This document shows positions 36,801 to 50,300 of a DNA stretch of 64,000 nt, piece by piece. A program made the position numbers and the translations under genes. Numbering within the stretch: the first letter of the stretch is position 1; the number at the start of each line of letters is the position of its first letter. The notes under the pieces are model-generated. The model did no database searches and had not been told where the DNA came from. It worked only from the letters and a program-made list of their open reading frames with translations. This stretch comes from Basidiobolus meristosporus CBS 931.73 (Eukaryota; Fungi; Basidiobolomycota). The stretch is from assembly GCA_002104905.1 (NCBI GenBank), contig MCFE01000259.1, positions 46,919-110,918 on the forward strand. The letters are read 5' to 3'.

Positions 36801-39800
36801 CAACAATAAGAGGACACATACCACCTGCCAGAAGACAAATCTTGTTATAGAAGAAGATGAGGAGCCTGACAATATACACCCCAACAGTTGGAGCTGCTCA
36901 TTAGGTATACAGGAGCAGACAGCTATGGTTTGCACAAAATACAAGACAGTAGAACAGAAGATTAGACCATCACTTACACCTTTAACTGATGGATCTTGAC
37001 CTGTTGATTACATCAGACCACCAGAAGGAACACCAGAAGATATACGACTTACACCTGAGAGACTTAAGCAACTTATCATTGGTGATGGAAACCTAACACC
37101 GGAGGAGATCTTACTATTTGAAGAAACCCTGATAAGGCATGATAAGGTTTTCTCATATAACAACAAGGAGATGGGACTCTTAAAGACATTGGTTGAAAAA
37201 CCTATCAAGATTCATACAGTGCCCCACACACCCTGGTCATTTAAGCCTTACCCACTACCTAGAGGACTCCAAGCTGATGTGCATGACCTACTTAAGAAGA
37301 AGATTAAAGCTGGTATCCTAGAACCTTGCCATGGACCTTATGCTAACAGATGGTTTGTGACCAAAAAGAAGAATGGGAAGCTCTGATTCATTCAAGACAT
37401 GCAACCTGCAAATGCTGTCACCATCAGAGATGCTGCAATACCTCCATCTATTGATGACTTTGCAGAGAGCTTTAGTGGTCACTCCATCTACTCACCATAT
37501 GATCTCTATTCAGGATATGACCAGATTCCCCTAGATGAGACATCAAGAGATGTGTTTGCACTCCAGACACCATTTGGACTGTTAAGAATGACAAGACTCA
37601 GCCAAGGGGCAACAAACTCCGTGGTTCAGTTCCAGAGATGCATGGTGAAGGTGCTCTACCAGTTTATACCTGAGAAACTTGCTGTCTTTGTTGATGACAT
37701 AGGCATCAAAGGACCAAAACTCCGGGACACAACTGAAGTTATGCCTGGAGTAAGAAAGTTTGTCTATGACCATATTTCAGACAATGATGCCATATTAGGA
37801 GCCATTGAAAAAGCTGGACTCACCATCAGTGGTGAGAAAAGCAGCTTTGGTGTATCAGAGATATCCATTGTTGGACAAAAATGCAACACCTTTGGTCGTT
37901 CACCTGGAGACTCCAAGACACAAAAGATATGCAACTGGCCTACCCCCACAAATCTAACACAAGCTTGTGGCTTTGTGGCAGCCTGTGGGTTCTTTAGGAT
38001 CTGGATCCCAAGATTTTCTGAGATAGCAGAACCAATCTACCAACTACAGAGAAAGAATGCCCCATTTAACTGGGGAGAAGAGCAAGAAGAAGCCATGCAA
38101 TTACTAAAAGAGGCCTTAGTATCTCCACCAGTTCTGAGACCTCTTGACTATCAGAACACTGAATGCCCACCTATCTTGACAGTGGATGCAAGCCCTATAG
38201 GAGCTGGAGCACTACTTGGCCAAGATGATGAAGATGGCAACCGCTATGCCTGCAGATATGAGAGCTGCCTCTTCTCTCCTAGAGAACAAAGATACTCACA
38301 GATTAAGAGAGAGCTACTAGAAGTTGTGAAGATGCTGAGAAAGCTGAAGTCACATCTCTACATGACACATTTCATCCTGGAGACAGATGCTAAGTCACTT
38401 ATAGGAATGATCAACAAGCCTGATCTACCTGATGATGCCACAAATTGGTGGATTGCCTGGCTGAAAATGTTTGACTTTGAGGTCAGACATATCCCTGGCA
38501 AGACAAATGTTGTGGCCAATGCACTCTCCAGGAAGGGACCACAGTTGTCTGAAGATATGGACCCTGACTTTGATGACATAATTGATGCAGAAATCCGACA
38601 ACTACACGTGAAGAAGCCCAGCAACTCTACATGGAACACCATTCAAGACTATCTGAGAACCTTAGAGAAGCCACCAGGAATGAGCCCACATGATTTCAGA
38701 AAGCTCAGGAAGAAGGCCCATCACTTCTACATAAAGGATGGCCACCTCTTCAAACAAGTAAAGCCTGGACAGACACCAAGGAGAGTTATAGTTGAGCCCC
38801 AAGAACAACTGACTATTATGTCAAGCCTTCATGAAGGAAGACCCGGTGGTCATAGAGGCAGAGATGCCACTTACAATGTTGTTTCCAGTAGATACTACTG
38901 GGAGCATATGTATCATGATGTCCAACACTTTGTTGAGTCTTGTGACATTTGCCAAAGAAGTTCAATCAAGAGATATGAGGAGCCGCTCCACCCAACCTAC
39001 ACACCTTGTCTATGGCAGAAGGTTGGCATTGACCTGGTCCACATGCCAACTGCTGGAACCAAGAAGTACCTTGTTGTTGCCAGAGATGATCTGAGTGGGT
39101 GGGTAGAAGCTCAAGCCCTATCCAATAACAAAAGCCACACCATATGGAGATTTATTCTTGAAGATATAATATGCAGATTTGGCTGCATCAGCCAGTTTGT
39201 TGCTGACCAAGGAGAAATGACTTCAAATTTGATCCTGGAACTCTGCTCACAATACAAGATTCATATTGCTTTCACCACCGCTTATCACTCACAGGCCAAT
39301 GGAATGGTTGAAAGAGGCCATGGCCCGTTGGTTAACTCCCTAGTCAAGAGCTGCAACAACATGACACTACAGTGGCCTACACAACTTCATCTAGCACTCT
39401 GGGCAGATAGAATCACTACAAAATGCAGCACAGGTCTATCTCCATTCAAATTGCTTTATGGACATGATTGCATTCTTCCCATAGAGCTTGACTCAATATC
39501 CTGGAACATGCTAGAGTGGAGAACTACAAAGAGTACAGAAGAACCACTGACTACACGCATCAAACAGCTTGATCACCATGAACTTGATATTACCCAAGCA
39601 TGTACTAAACTCAAAGAGACAAGACTTCAGAACAAGGAACCATTTGACAAGTCACATAGACTTAGACCAAAACCATGACTGCAAGGAGATCCAGTACTGC
39701 TCTATGATTCCACTTTAGACAAGCAGTGGAGTTGCAAATTTGACAATAAATGGTCTGGCCCATTTATTATCTCTAAGGTGATTGGAAATGGAAGCTACTA

Positions 39801-41117
39801 CTTGTCTGAGCTTGATGAAACACCGCTAAGAACACCTGTGGCAGTAAACAGACTTAAGCTATTCAAGCACCGGAATTTTGCACATCACATTTAGTTTGCT
39901 TTGACCTGAGTTCAAAGCTGAGAGGGGGGTGGATGTAGTGGGGTCACAGTGACACCCACTGGCAGATGTGCTCATTCTCACACGTTCACTTCCCTAAAAA
40001 AAAAAAGGGATTACCCCCCCCTATATTAGTATCATCCCAAATTGCAATATTTTCTATTCTGTCTATGTGATTATTACTATGCAACCTGACATACTATTTG
40101 TCACTATTAACCCATTGCACAAGCTATTCCTATTCCTTGCCAAGATGCCAAGATAAGATAGTTACCATATAAGGCAAGTACCCCAACAGTGCCCATATCA
40201 TGTGACCATTTTGGTTTCATAACCCTCCTATCCCACTACCATAAGAGGCAATCAAATGACACAGGGGTTTCATATTACCACTACCTGATTGGCTAGGTGC
40301 TACTATGTCTCATGGAACAATCCGCCAAGAATTTGCGCTATTTTTAAGTACACAATGAAATGATTGGCTGTCTACTACCTTCTGGAAACTTCCGGAAAGT
40401 ATTTTCTAGCAAGAAATTGAGCAGCAAAAAAGTATATAAGGGAGACTATCCCTTAAAATAAATCATCCCTCTTCCAATATTCCGACTTATTGATTAGTGA
40501 GATCACCGCTACCTATTACCACTATTTTTTGATTTAGACCTGACAACACTCCCAGGAAACCGCGCTGACAGCCAACTGACCTTGGAGGCACTACTTGTGA
40601 GGAATACTCAGAGTAGGTATATTTTATTATATTTGTTTGTTTTCCCAAGTTTGTTCTTGTACAGGCAAAGATACTTTTCAGTCTTTGTAACTATTGGTCA
40701 AAGCTGCATTCTGATCAAGTCCCTGTTGGTGGAGTTTACAGTTGTTTTGACTTTGGAAGCTTTAGTACATTGTCATCTCAAGGGATGTCAGAGCCATTAT
40801 AAACTTTTGTTAAGACGCCAACTAAGTTGGGGATTGTAGTTCAATAGTTTTCCCTTGACAAGCTTGAGGCTTTATCCCCCATCACATTAGATTAGACAAA
40901 AGACCCAGTATTCCTAGCAAGCTTTTGCCAGAGGTTATTGCACCCAGTGAACACCCCACACAGATTCACACTTGAGAAGTGTTGGCTGTATTTTGCCCTT
41001 TGGACTTATACACCACCACCTATTTGGCAACCAACATGGGGGGTTCATACAAGCTCCCTAGGACCCAACAAGATTTACCCAAAGATTTGAGCCGTTACCC
41101 ATTTATTGAAACAAGAC
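33816..41117 (+). mobile_element. Ty3/gypsy LTR retrotransposon with long (at least 1.18 kb) terminal repeats; 3' end truncated; no chromodomain seen
   Basis: Direct repeats 33816-34997 and 39934-41117 (about 20 differences by eye) starting TGTAG; PPT AGAGGGGGGTGGA at 39921-39933; domain order gag-PR-RT-RH-IN. Confidence 0.94.
35041..39894 (+). pseudogene. Single-frame gypsy gag-pol with five in-frame stops and no frameshift
   Basis: The ORF pieces at 35041, 36595, 37171 and 37399 share one frame; CIWCDSTQHARQEC knuckle (DUF4100-like gag region, recognised by eye), LIDSG protease, FVDD RT, DAS/TD RNase H, HHCC and core integrase, GPF motif. Confidence 0.92.
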
Positions 41118-44100
41118 CATCTGGCTTATAGTATATGCTATAGTCAGTATTACTTCTTTTGAAGCTAAAGGTTCCAAATAAGAGTCTATCTTTCAATTCC
41201 AGGCTCTTGTTGGTTGTTTGAGTCCAAATCAAGATTTTTTAAGCCTGCAGATCAAATAGGGGTTATCTTGGTCAGCAAACCCATCAAGCTGGTCCATATA
41301 CGCATCCTCATTAAGTACCCCATTCAAAAATGCAGCTTTTACCTCCATTTGATGTATAAAAATCTGTATTTGGCTGAAATAGCCAATATATATCTTATGG
41401 AATTAACCTTGGCTACTGGAGCAAAGGTCTCAGTTTAGTCAGGTCCTATTGCTTCAGAGTATCCTTGGGCCACAGGTCTTACTTTTGATCTTTCAGCTGT
41501 ATCATCAGCCGTGTATTTTGTCTCAAAGCTGCATCTTCATACAATTGATTTTTGGCTGAATGGTTACTTGACTAAGTCCCAAGTTTGATTTTCTATCAGG
41601 GCCTGATATTCCTCAGTCATTGCAGATCTCCAAAACTTTGTCTGCAGGCTATTAGGGCCTCTTTTAGGGTCTGAAGCTCATCAACATGGACTGAATAGGC
41701 ATAGGCTAGGTTTGTACTCTCATTGTTATGGTAATTTGGGCTATATCTTGTCTGTTTGGTTCTCCAGGCATTGAATACTGAAATGCCCACTTCTGGGATA
41801 TTCCTAGGCACTGATTCAGGCTGTATTATGGCTGTAGAGTCCTCTGGAGTGAGAAAGCTCCAATTGTTTTGCTCTGATTCAATCCTGACTATTGGTAGAC
41901 TTAAGATCAAATCTTTGTCATCATATGATGTCATTATTTGTGAAAGTTTTTATTTTTAATCAAAGAACATATCACTGGACTTGATAAGCTACCTTTCTTT
42001 GGTGTTGTAGAGTCTATATGCTTTGCTTTCATTGCATAGCCTACAAATAAGCATTTACACTTTTTGGCTCAAATTTTGACTGATAACTGGTCAGTTTCTT
42101 GGCAAATGTTTTACACCCAATATTCTTGGATGTTCTGCACATGATCTGTATCTATACCTAGCTTCAAGTGGAGTAGAATCTTCAAGTTTCTGCTATAACT
42201 CCTATTTCTAAGGTATACAGCTGTGGCAACTGATTCTGCCCAAAATTTATAGGACAATTTCTGGGCAGGAATTGTTGATCTTGCCATATAAGTTATTGAT
42301 CTGTTTGCACATTCTACTACTTCATTTTGCTGTGGAGAGTGTTGTACAGCAGTCTCTTGCTTTAACCCATGAATCTTGCAGAAGTAGATGAAGAGTTTTG
42401 AGGTATACTCTCCACCATTGTCACAGCGTATTTCCTTGATTTTTTCATCAGTTTCTCTCTCCACCATGGCTTTAAGCTCCCTGAGCTTAGACAGAGCTTC
42501 TTCTTTTCTCTCCATGAAGTATACCTACATGTATATTGTATATTCATCAATAAAAGTGATTAGATACTCAACCTGCCTAAGGATAAATTTTGCATAGGCC
42601 TACACAGATATGAGTGAGTTAGATCTAAACATTTCTTAGTTTTGGCTAGCCCAGAGCTCTTGAACAGTTGTTTGGCTTGTTTCCCATATATGCAGGCTTC
42701 ACAGTGCTCCAAATTAGCTGCTGGATCAGTTTTTACTCTGGAAAATAACTGATCTTTGATCATTTTGGGCAAATACTCAAAACTGATGTGTCCCAATCTC
42801 CTGTACCAAAGCATTGGTATTTCTTCATTTAAGTTACTGATAGCTGCTTCTAAATATGATGGAATATAACTTAGCTTATATAGATTCTGATATCTGATAC
42901 CCAAAGCAATATGAACACTATTCTGATCAGTGATCCTGCATCCAGAATTGTCAAAGCTGAAACTGAGTCCTTCTGCTGTGGCCTTGCTTACAGATAGTAG
43001 GTTCTTACCTATTTCTGATACATGGAGTACTTCTATAAAGGTCAGTGAATGGCTTCCTGCACTCCTTCTAGGGCTTACTTGGATAGCTCCTTCTCCCACT
43101 GCATCAAGTGTTCTATTGTAACCCATGAAAATGTCTGTGATTGGAGTTTCTTGATATTTGGTAAAAAGTTCTTTTTGGTGTGTAAAGTGCCGATATGCTT
43201 TAGAGCCAATATGTTGCATTTGGGAATTCTTATTTATGGTCATATTTAGTGCATATATGAATAGTCTATCTTTAGTTGTTTCAGCATTTCCATATTCTGG
43301 ATTTTTCTGCTGGCTACCTCCCTTTTTCAAGTACCAGTTTGATGTGTGTCCTTTCCTTCTGCTGTAGTTACAAAACAGATTGCTATTGCCTTTGAATGGT
43401 CTTAGGTATATCCTTTGTTGGCTATCAATGCTTATTAAAGCATTTTCCTCTTCCTTCTTATTGGCACTTGCTTTTCCTCATTCTTCATCCAGGAGCCTTT
43501 CATATACACAATTTAAGGTCAAATCTTTAGTTCTGGACACTAGGGCTGATACAAGGCCATAAAACCTGTCTGTCAGGCTATTCAGGATGGTTACTATCTC
43601 ATTCTCATCAGTAGTTGGTATGCCCACAGATTCCATCTCATCCGCCAGCATGGCAATTCTGTTGATTATACTTCTCATTTCTTCTCCTCACAGTATTGTT
43701 ATAGTAAAGAATTTTGGTTTATGATACATTTTCTTAGCAGCTGAATATGACTGGTAGGTGTCACTTAATGCCTTCCATGCATTCTTTGCTGTTTTTACTC
43801 TTGGGCATTGTATTAAAAGTTTATCTTTGACATTAAGGCAAATGCAGTTAAAGGCACTTTGCACTTTATTCTGATACTTGAAGGCTTTCTCTCTCACATC
43901 TTTAAGGGGGCATTATTCTCCCATGACAATATCCCAAAGGCCTCTTTCTTGTAGCAGCATCTTCATTGTTACCTTCCACATTTAATAGTAAGATCCATCA
44001 AACTTTTCAGCAAAGGGAAAAATTGCAGTAATAGCAGTAGTATACATTGCAGAGAGTGACAGATTATGGCTCATAATCTGTTGTAAGAGTCTTGGAGATA

Positions 44101-44659
44101 TTGGAAGTGATCAGGAGGACAAGTATATTAAGTGGTCTTCACTCAAAGATTTATTGAATGTAAAAGCAGTATCTATACTTTACATGGTCTTGGCATAACA
44201 AACATGTAGAATACTTTAAGAAAGGTCCCATGAACATGTGCACATAGCTAGGGGTGTTTGGACAACTTTGAGAATCTTAATGTTCTGGGTACCTGGTATT
44301 TTGGTAAAAATATTCCAAGTAAATCCCAAAAAGGTATGTGGTCAGTAACTCCTAGGACTTGCAGATAATGATCAAACCAACTAAGTTAGGTAAATATCTA
44401 GGTGGAATTACAAATTTTTACAACAATGAAGACCTATGTTTACTACATAATAATCTGCTTTTCCTTCAACTTGAATCATTTCAATAATATATCTCACTGG
44501 CAGGGGCTTAGGTGATAGACAAGATGTTACAAAATGGGAGTGTGCACAAGTTCCAATGATGGAAAATGGTCTAACTAGGTAAGAACCAGACCTGAGCAAT
44601 GAGTTAGAACAAGAACCAGTACTCACCAATATGCTGAAGTCCCAAGTGAGAGAGTACTG

Positions 44660-44940
44660 TCATTTCTGCACTTTAGCTACTTACATTGGCTCTCCGATAT
44701 GATGGAACAAAAGTGAGCCTATATAGATTTGGATTTCTGATACCCAAAGCAATATGGACACCATTTTGATCAGTGATCATGGATCCAGAATTATCAAAAC
44801 TGATATTGAGTCCTTCTGCTATGGCACTGATTGCAGAAAGCAGGTACTTGGCTATATCTATTACATATGAGTACTTCATTGAAGGTCAGTGGGTGGTCTC
44901 CTTAACTACTCATAAGTGCTATTTGAATTGTTTTCTGTCC
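44660..44940 (-). mobile_element. Third, highly decayed copia A fragment (protease to pre-integrase linker)
   Basis: AEGLNISFDNSGSMITDQNGVHIALGIRNPNLY matches AEGLSFSFDNSGCRITDQNSVHIALGIR of A2. Confidence 0.75.
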
Positions 44941-45742
44941 TACTAAACCAAGTGTTCTGTTCTTAGAAAAGTAACTGTTATGATCTTGTCAAAAGGCCCT
45001 AGCTAAACCTAATTCCCATGGCTCAGAGGTACTGATGCCATGAGGACACCCTACAACTAGCAAGCTATTGCCACTTTGTCACTCTTTTTACTTCCTGACT
45101 CAAGTGTTGCTCCTGCATTTCACACATACAAATTGGCTTACTTATCATATATTTTCAGTTGCTAATTAATTGTAAGTTGTACTGACCTATACAAGTCCCT
45201 ATACCTATCACCAACATAAAGCCTGACCTCAGACTCTACAAGTAACTCCATTACAATCTGACACCCACTAGCACTTTGGCCAAAATGCCCTTTTCTATAG
45301 CTTTGAAGGTAACTCTATGGCTTTGAGCAGTTGTACATTTGCTAGTTCCCATATGATCTTGTCTTCAGCTGATACTACAAGGTATTGCATCACATGTGCC
45401 AGTCTTTACAATGAGTCTTTGCTATGTCCAAGTGCATGTTCTTGAGCAATGTGCTCTGAGAGGTGTTGCAACTTCCAGGCGTGCCTATAGATACTCCAAA
45501 ATTCATCTGTAGCCACTTTAATTGCCCTCTGATACTACAATCTATCAGAGGTCTCATACTTGGAATTCATCTGATGCTCAGCTGATATTCTGCTGGTGTT
45601 TAAATGTTATTTGACAGGTGATTTTGTTCAATTTTAAATTGTAATTTTTGATGGAAGTAGTAGTTGGCCAATTCTTAAATATGGCATAGATGCTAGCAGG
45701 CCTAGTTTTCTCCTAGAAGATCTGACTGCATGCCAGCACAAT

Positions 45743-46452
45743 AGACTTGTTCTATTGGAAAGTGCCACATTGAGCCATCAGTACCAAATAGTGCCATTGT
45801 GTGCCAGAGACACAACATACCAAAATTTTGCCACAGGGTGTGAAACATAGTTCTTCATACTCATACCAAGTGGCCCCTCAGTTTCACCCAATGTGCTAGG
45901 GCAAATCCATTTTTGACCTTTTTCTTAGCATCAATGTTGTGCAAGATGTTTAAGAGCACAGTAGGACTGAAGTTATTTATCTGGTACTCAATAACCATGG
46001 CACTCTGAATCTAGCTCCTGCAGCTTGTAACATGTCACAAAAATATATGGCTTTATCTTGGTCCACTTATACTATCAAGAACTATAAGTGCTTTGTATAG
46101 GTTTTACTATAGGGCCAATATTTAAATATTGTTCTGGTTAGTACCATTGGATCAAGATGATGCCATGCATTTTTGTGACATGTTACAAGCTGCAGGAGCT
46201 GGATTAAGGGTGCCATGGGTATTGAGTACAAGATAGATATCTTCAGCTCTTTTCTGCTCTTACAAACCCTACTCAACACTGATACCAAAAAAGGTTAAAA
46301 AATGGATTTTTTCCACCACATAGGGTGGAACACTGGGCCTGCTTTATATGAAGATAAAGAACTATGTTTCACACTCTAAGGCCAAGTATAAGTCCACTTG
46401 GCCTCCCTGGCACACTATAGCATCAATTGGCACTATCAAACAGAACAAGTCT
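45743..46452. mobile_element. Complete ~710-bp fold-back element (non-autonomous, MITE-like), termini AGACTTGTTCT...AGAACAAGTCT, 3-bp TSD AAT
   Basis: Arms of ~330 bp are imperfect reverse complements around a ~44-nt loop (46085-46128); AAT at 45740-45742 and 46453-46455; no coding capacity. Confidence 0.85.
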
Positions 46453-46559
46453 AATAGCTAGTAGTTGAGATCTTGTGAAATATCACTTTTGAGGAGCTTA
46501 GAGTTTAGCTGATATAGTGATATATTTACATTGGCTTTAGGTCAGATTTCTTCTTGTGG

Positions 46560-46760
46560 GCAATGTTGTTGCTCTGTCTGTCAGTAGCATTCTCACCCTG
46601 CCTATAATGGATGATGTGGAGACTGCTGTAGACAAATGGTCTTTCTCTGCCAGCTCATCTATCTCACTGGAGTGTAGCTCAACTAGCTGTGCTTCTAACT
46701 CTTGATAAAATAGCTGTTTTCTGCTTGGTGATTTGCCTTGACTATTATGGAGCTCAGCCT
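46560..46760 (-). mobile_element. Fragment of the CACTA accessory ORF
   Basis: The reverse complement aligns to 56860-57040 (RKQLFYQELEAQ vs RKQLFSQELEAQ). Confidence 0.7.
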
Positions 46761-46769
46761 GTTCAGGCT

Positions 46770-47179
46770 AACAGTGCTGATTGCTGAGAACTACATCCTT
46801 TTCCAATATAGCATCTCCATGTCTTCAAGCAGTGTATTATAGTAAGCATCTCCTGCTCACACACTGCATGGCTTTGTTCTGCTGAGTTCAGCTTCTTGGA
46901 TTCAAAGGCAATGCGGTATACCTTTCCCTTGTGCTCTTGGCTCAACCTCCACCAATTGCATAATCTGAAGCATCTGTGCACCAAGTAAACTCTTTTCTGA
47001 AGTCAGGTATTCTTAAGTTTGGCAGCTTAGCAAGCTCATTCATGAGCATCTGAAAAGCAATATCACAGGCTATGTACCACTTGTAGGTATTGTCTTTCTT
47101 GAGAATATCAGTTAAACGGACAGCAATACTTGCAAAGGGCTTGACAAGTTTCCAATAATAATAAACTGTTCCAAGTAAT
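46770..47179 (-). mobile_element. Old Ty3/gypsy host element, RT thumb to RNase H part (continues at 57774)
   Basis: Joining across the AAT TSD restores ELRT|LLGTV..YWKLVKPFASIA..LTDILKKD; TDASDYAIGG and IAFESKKLNSAEQ RNase H motifs. Confidence 0.85.
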
Positions 47180-47380
47180 CCCTATGAAAAATAATTTGGT
47201 CCTGTGGGTGGATCCAGTCCAGATCATCTGTCATGATCCTGTTCAGAGACCATCATAATAACAGCAGCTTGGAATTAGTGACCCTCCTGACAATCATATA
47301 ACAAGATCATGATGGTGTTTTGCAAATTTTACAGCCAAATAAAGGGATAAAACTTGACAACTTTTGATTGGTGCTGTGAC

Positions 47381-50300
47381 TGTTGCAATTTAAGAAGTGA
47401 TTTGGATATAAGGAACTTATCAAGAAATAGTGATAATAGTTGAACTGTTGTTTATTCATAAAGAAGCTCAGTATTTATACCTTTGTAGAAGTAATACAGC
47501 TGCAACACTAAGTAGGGAGGGTTTCTCAATATTCAGGAGCATTCTGTAACAGTTTCAGGGTTAGTACATAATGTTTGGTAATAGTGCTAATTTGATCCTG
47601 ACTATAGGGGAATAATCATAAGATCATATATCTGGAGAAAGTGGCGAAGTAAAGGCAGTAAATGAGTCCTACAGTGACTAAGACTAGCCTAGAATTGTTA
47701 AGTAAATTTTTTGCTGCTGAATGATACCAAATAGTCCAATATTTCAACACTCCCCCTCAACTAAATAATTTTTTAATCCCAATTTCTCTCTAAGGATCTC
47801 AAACTGTGGCCTAGCTAGTGGTTTTGTCAATATGTCTGCCACCATTTTGTCAGTTGGGCAGTAAACCAGCTCTACTAAGTTATTTTCTACAGCTTCCCTC
47901 ACAAAGTGATGCTGTATATCAATGTGCTTAGTTCTGGCATGATTAGTAGGATTTCTAGCTAATGAAATACAACTTTGATTATCCTTGTAAATACATGTTG
48001 GTTCACCTGAATTAAAACCTAAGTCTTTGAATAATTTTCGTAGCCATATAGCCTCCTTAGTTGCTTGACATGCAGCCATATATTCGGCTTCAGTTGTAGA
48101 TAGTGCCACAGTTGGTTGTTTCTTGCAATTCCAAGTAATAGCTGCACCAGCATAAAGAAATACATAGCCTGTGGTAGAGCGTCTGTCAATCAGATCTCTA
48201 CCCCAATCTGAATCACTATAACCATCAAATTTTTGCCTATTAGCTGCTCCAGAGTATTCCAGTACCATATTTATGGTACCTTGTAGATATCTGAAAATCC
48301 GCTTAACTGCTGCAATTTGATCTGATCCATAATTCTGCATGAATTGACTGACTATTCCAACTGCTACTGCAATATCTGGACGTGTAGACACCATCAAGTA
48401 CATTAGGCTACCGACCATTGATTGATAGGGAAAGTTTTGGTCCATATTTGAGCCGTTTTCATCCATAACTGGCTGAGATTTGCTTAATTTCAGGTTATTG
48501 TCCATAGGGGTTGCTGCAGGTTTGCAATTTTCCATTTTGAAGCGTCTAAGAATGTCCCTGATGTACTTAGACTGATTCAGCACAATTTTCTGCGTAGGTA
48601 TGTCAAATTTGACCTCAATTCCAAGAAAATAGCTCAATTTTCCAAGATCTTTCATCTCAAACTTGCTGAAGAGATCTGATTTCGTCTGTTTAAGTGCCTC
48701 TTGATCACTTGTAGCTATAATTAGGTCGTCCACATAAAGAACTAGGATGATCACACCCTTTTTGCGCTGTTTCACATATATACTGTGATCTGCAGTGCTA
48801 CGAGAGAACCCAATTTCCTCTAGATATGTGTCAATCTTGTTATACCATGCTCTGGGTGCCTGCTTAAGCCCATACAACAATTTTCTAAGTTTGCACACCT
48901 TATGGGGGCTTTTTGGATCGGTAAAACCTTCTGGTTGCTCCATATATATAGTTTCTTGCAAATCCCCATTTAGAAAGGCTGTTTTGACGTCCATTTGGTG
49001 TAGATCTAGACTGTGTACAGCTGCCAGGGCTAGAACTGTCCTAATAGAGTTAAACTTGGCAACCGGAGCAAATGTTTCCTTAAAGTCTAGTCCCTGGATC
49101 TGGGAATAGCCTTTAGCTACCAATCTAGCCTTGTACTTATCAACGGCACCATTTGAGGTTATCTTGATCTTATAGACCCATCTACATCCTATTGGCTTTC
49201 TCCCATTTGGTAAATCTACCAGTTCCCACGTTTTTGCCTTGATCAGTGATTGGTACTCCTCCTGCATGGCTTGTTGCCACTTAGTAGCATCTGGACCTTG
49301 CATTGCCTGTTCCAGATTCTGAGGTTCGGCACATAAGGCAAGATAAGCTTCTTCATGATCATTGGATGTCTGCCACCAGGATCCAGGGGCATTTCTTATT
49401 CTGGTAGATCTCCTAACTGGGATAATCTGTTCTGATCTGGAACTGGTAGAAGTATCTTCCATCTCTGGCTGGATTTGGTACGTATCTTCTTCATTTGTGT
49501 TGATTGCATCATCAGGCAGCTGGCCAATGATTTCTGTGGCTTTCTGATCTGAATTCTCCTCAAATACAACGTCCCTGCTCTTGATCAGCTTCTGAATTTC
49601 GCCATCATACACTCTATACCCTTTAGTACCTTCACAATACCCAAGAAAGATCCCTTTTCTACTCTTTGGTTCCAACTTTGAGCGTTTTTTGTCAGGGATG
49701 TGATAAAAGACATCACTGCCAAAGATCCTGAGGTGCTGGAGATCTGGTTTTTTGCCTGTATATGCTTCAAAGGGTGTAGAATCACGTAGTGCTGTTGTTG
49801 GGCATCTGTTCTTGATGTATACAGCGGTAGCAACAGATTCAGCCCAAAACTTGTAGTCCATTCCCTTATCATGTAGCATAGATCTTCCCATCTCTACTAT
49901 TGTTCTGTTTGCACGTTCTGCTACTCCATTTTGCTGTGGAGTATGAGGAACTGTGGTCTGTTGAAGTATACCAGTAGACAAGCAGTATTTTGCAAACTCC
50001 TTTGAGCAGTATTCTCCTCCATTGTCACTTCGTAGTACCTTCAATTTACACCCAGTTTGTGTTTCTGCCATGTTCTTGAAGTGCTTAAACGTCTCTAAAG
50101 CTTCATCCTTTGTTTTGAGGAAGTACACCCATGTATATCTTGTCTTGTCATCAATAAACGTCATAAAGTATCTCTTGGCTCCAAAGGACAGTGTTCTCAT
50201 GGGGCCACATATGTCTGAGTGTACAATAGCCAATATTTCGGTGGTATTGATGCCTTCTGAGCTCTTGAAACGTTGCCTAGCTTGTTTGCCATATGAACAT

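Larger units (their letters stand above)
33309..44425 (-). mobile_element. Ty1/copia family A copy 2, decayed, interrupted by a gypsy element (pieces 33309-33815 and 41118-44425); 3' LTR lost
   Basis: 5' LTR 44079-44425 homologous to the A1 LTR, mutated PBS GATTATGAGCC, gag/PR/IN/RT fragments colinear with A1. Confidence 0.88.

Noticed and set aside
32921-46128. Loop of the fold-back element in opposite orientations between copies (flip/flop, as in hairpin telomeres or parvoviruses)
   Set aside because: The apparent flanks are part of the arms, so whole-element insertion in either orientation explains it; no Rep or protelomerase gene is present.
45741-46454. TA target duplication (Tc1/mariner or Stowaway type) for the fold-back element
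   Set aside because: Formally possible, but the homologous uninterrupted repeat at ~17790 (CCCAACAGCTAG) fits a reconstructed empty site CACAATAGCTAG, which favours the 3-bp AAT duplication.
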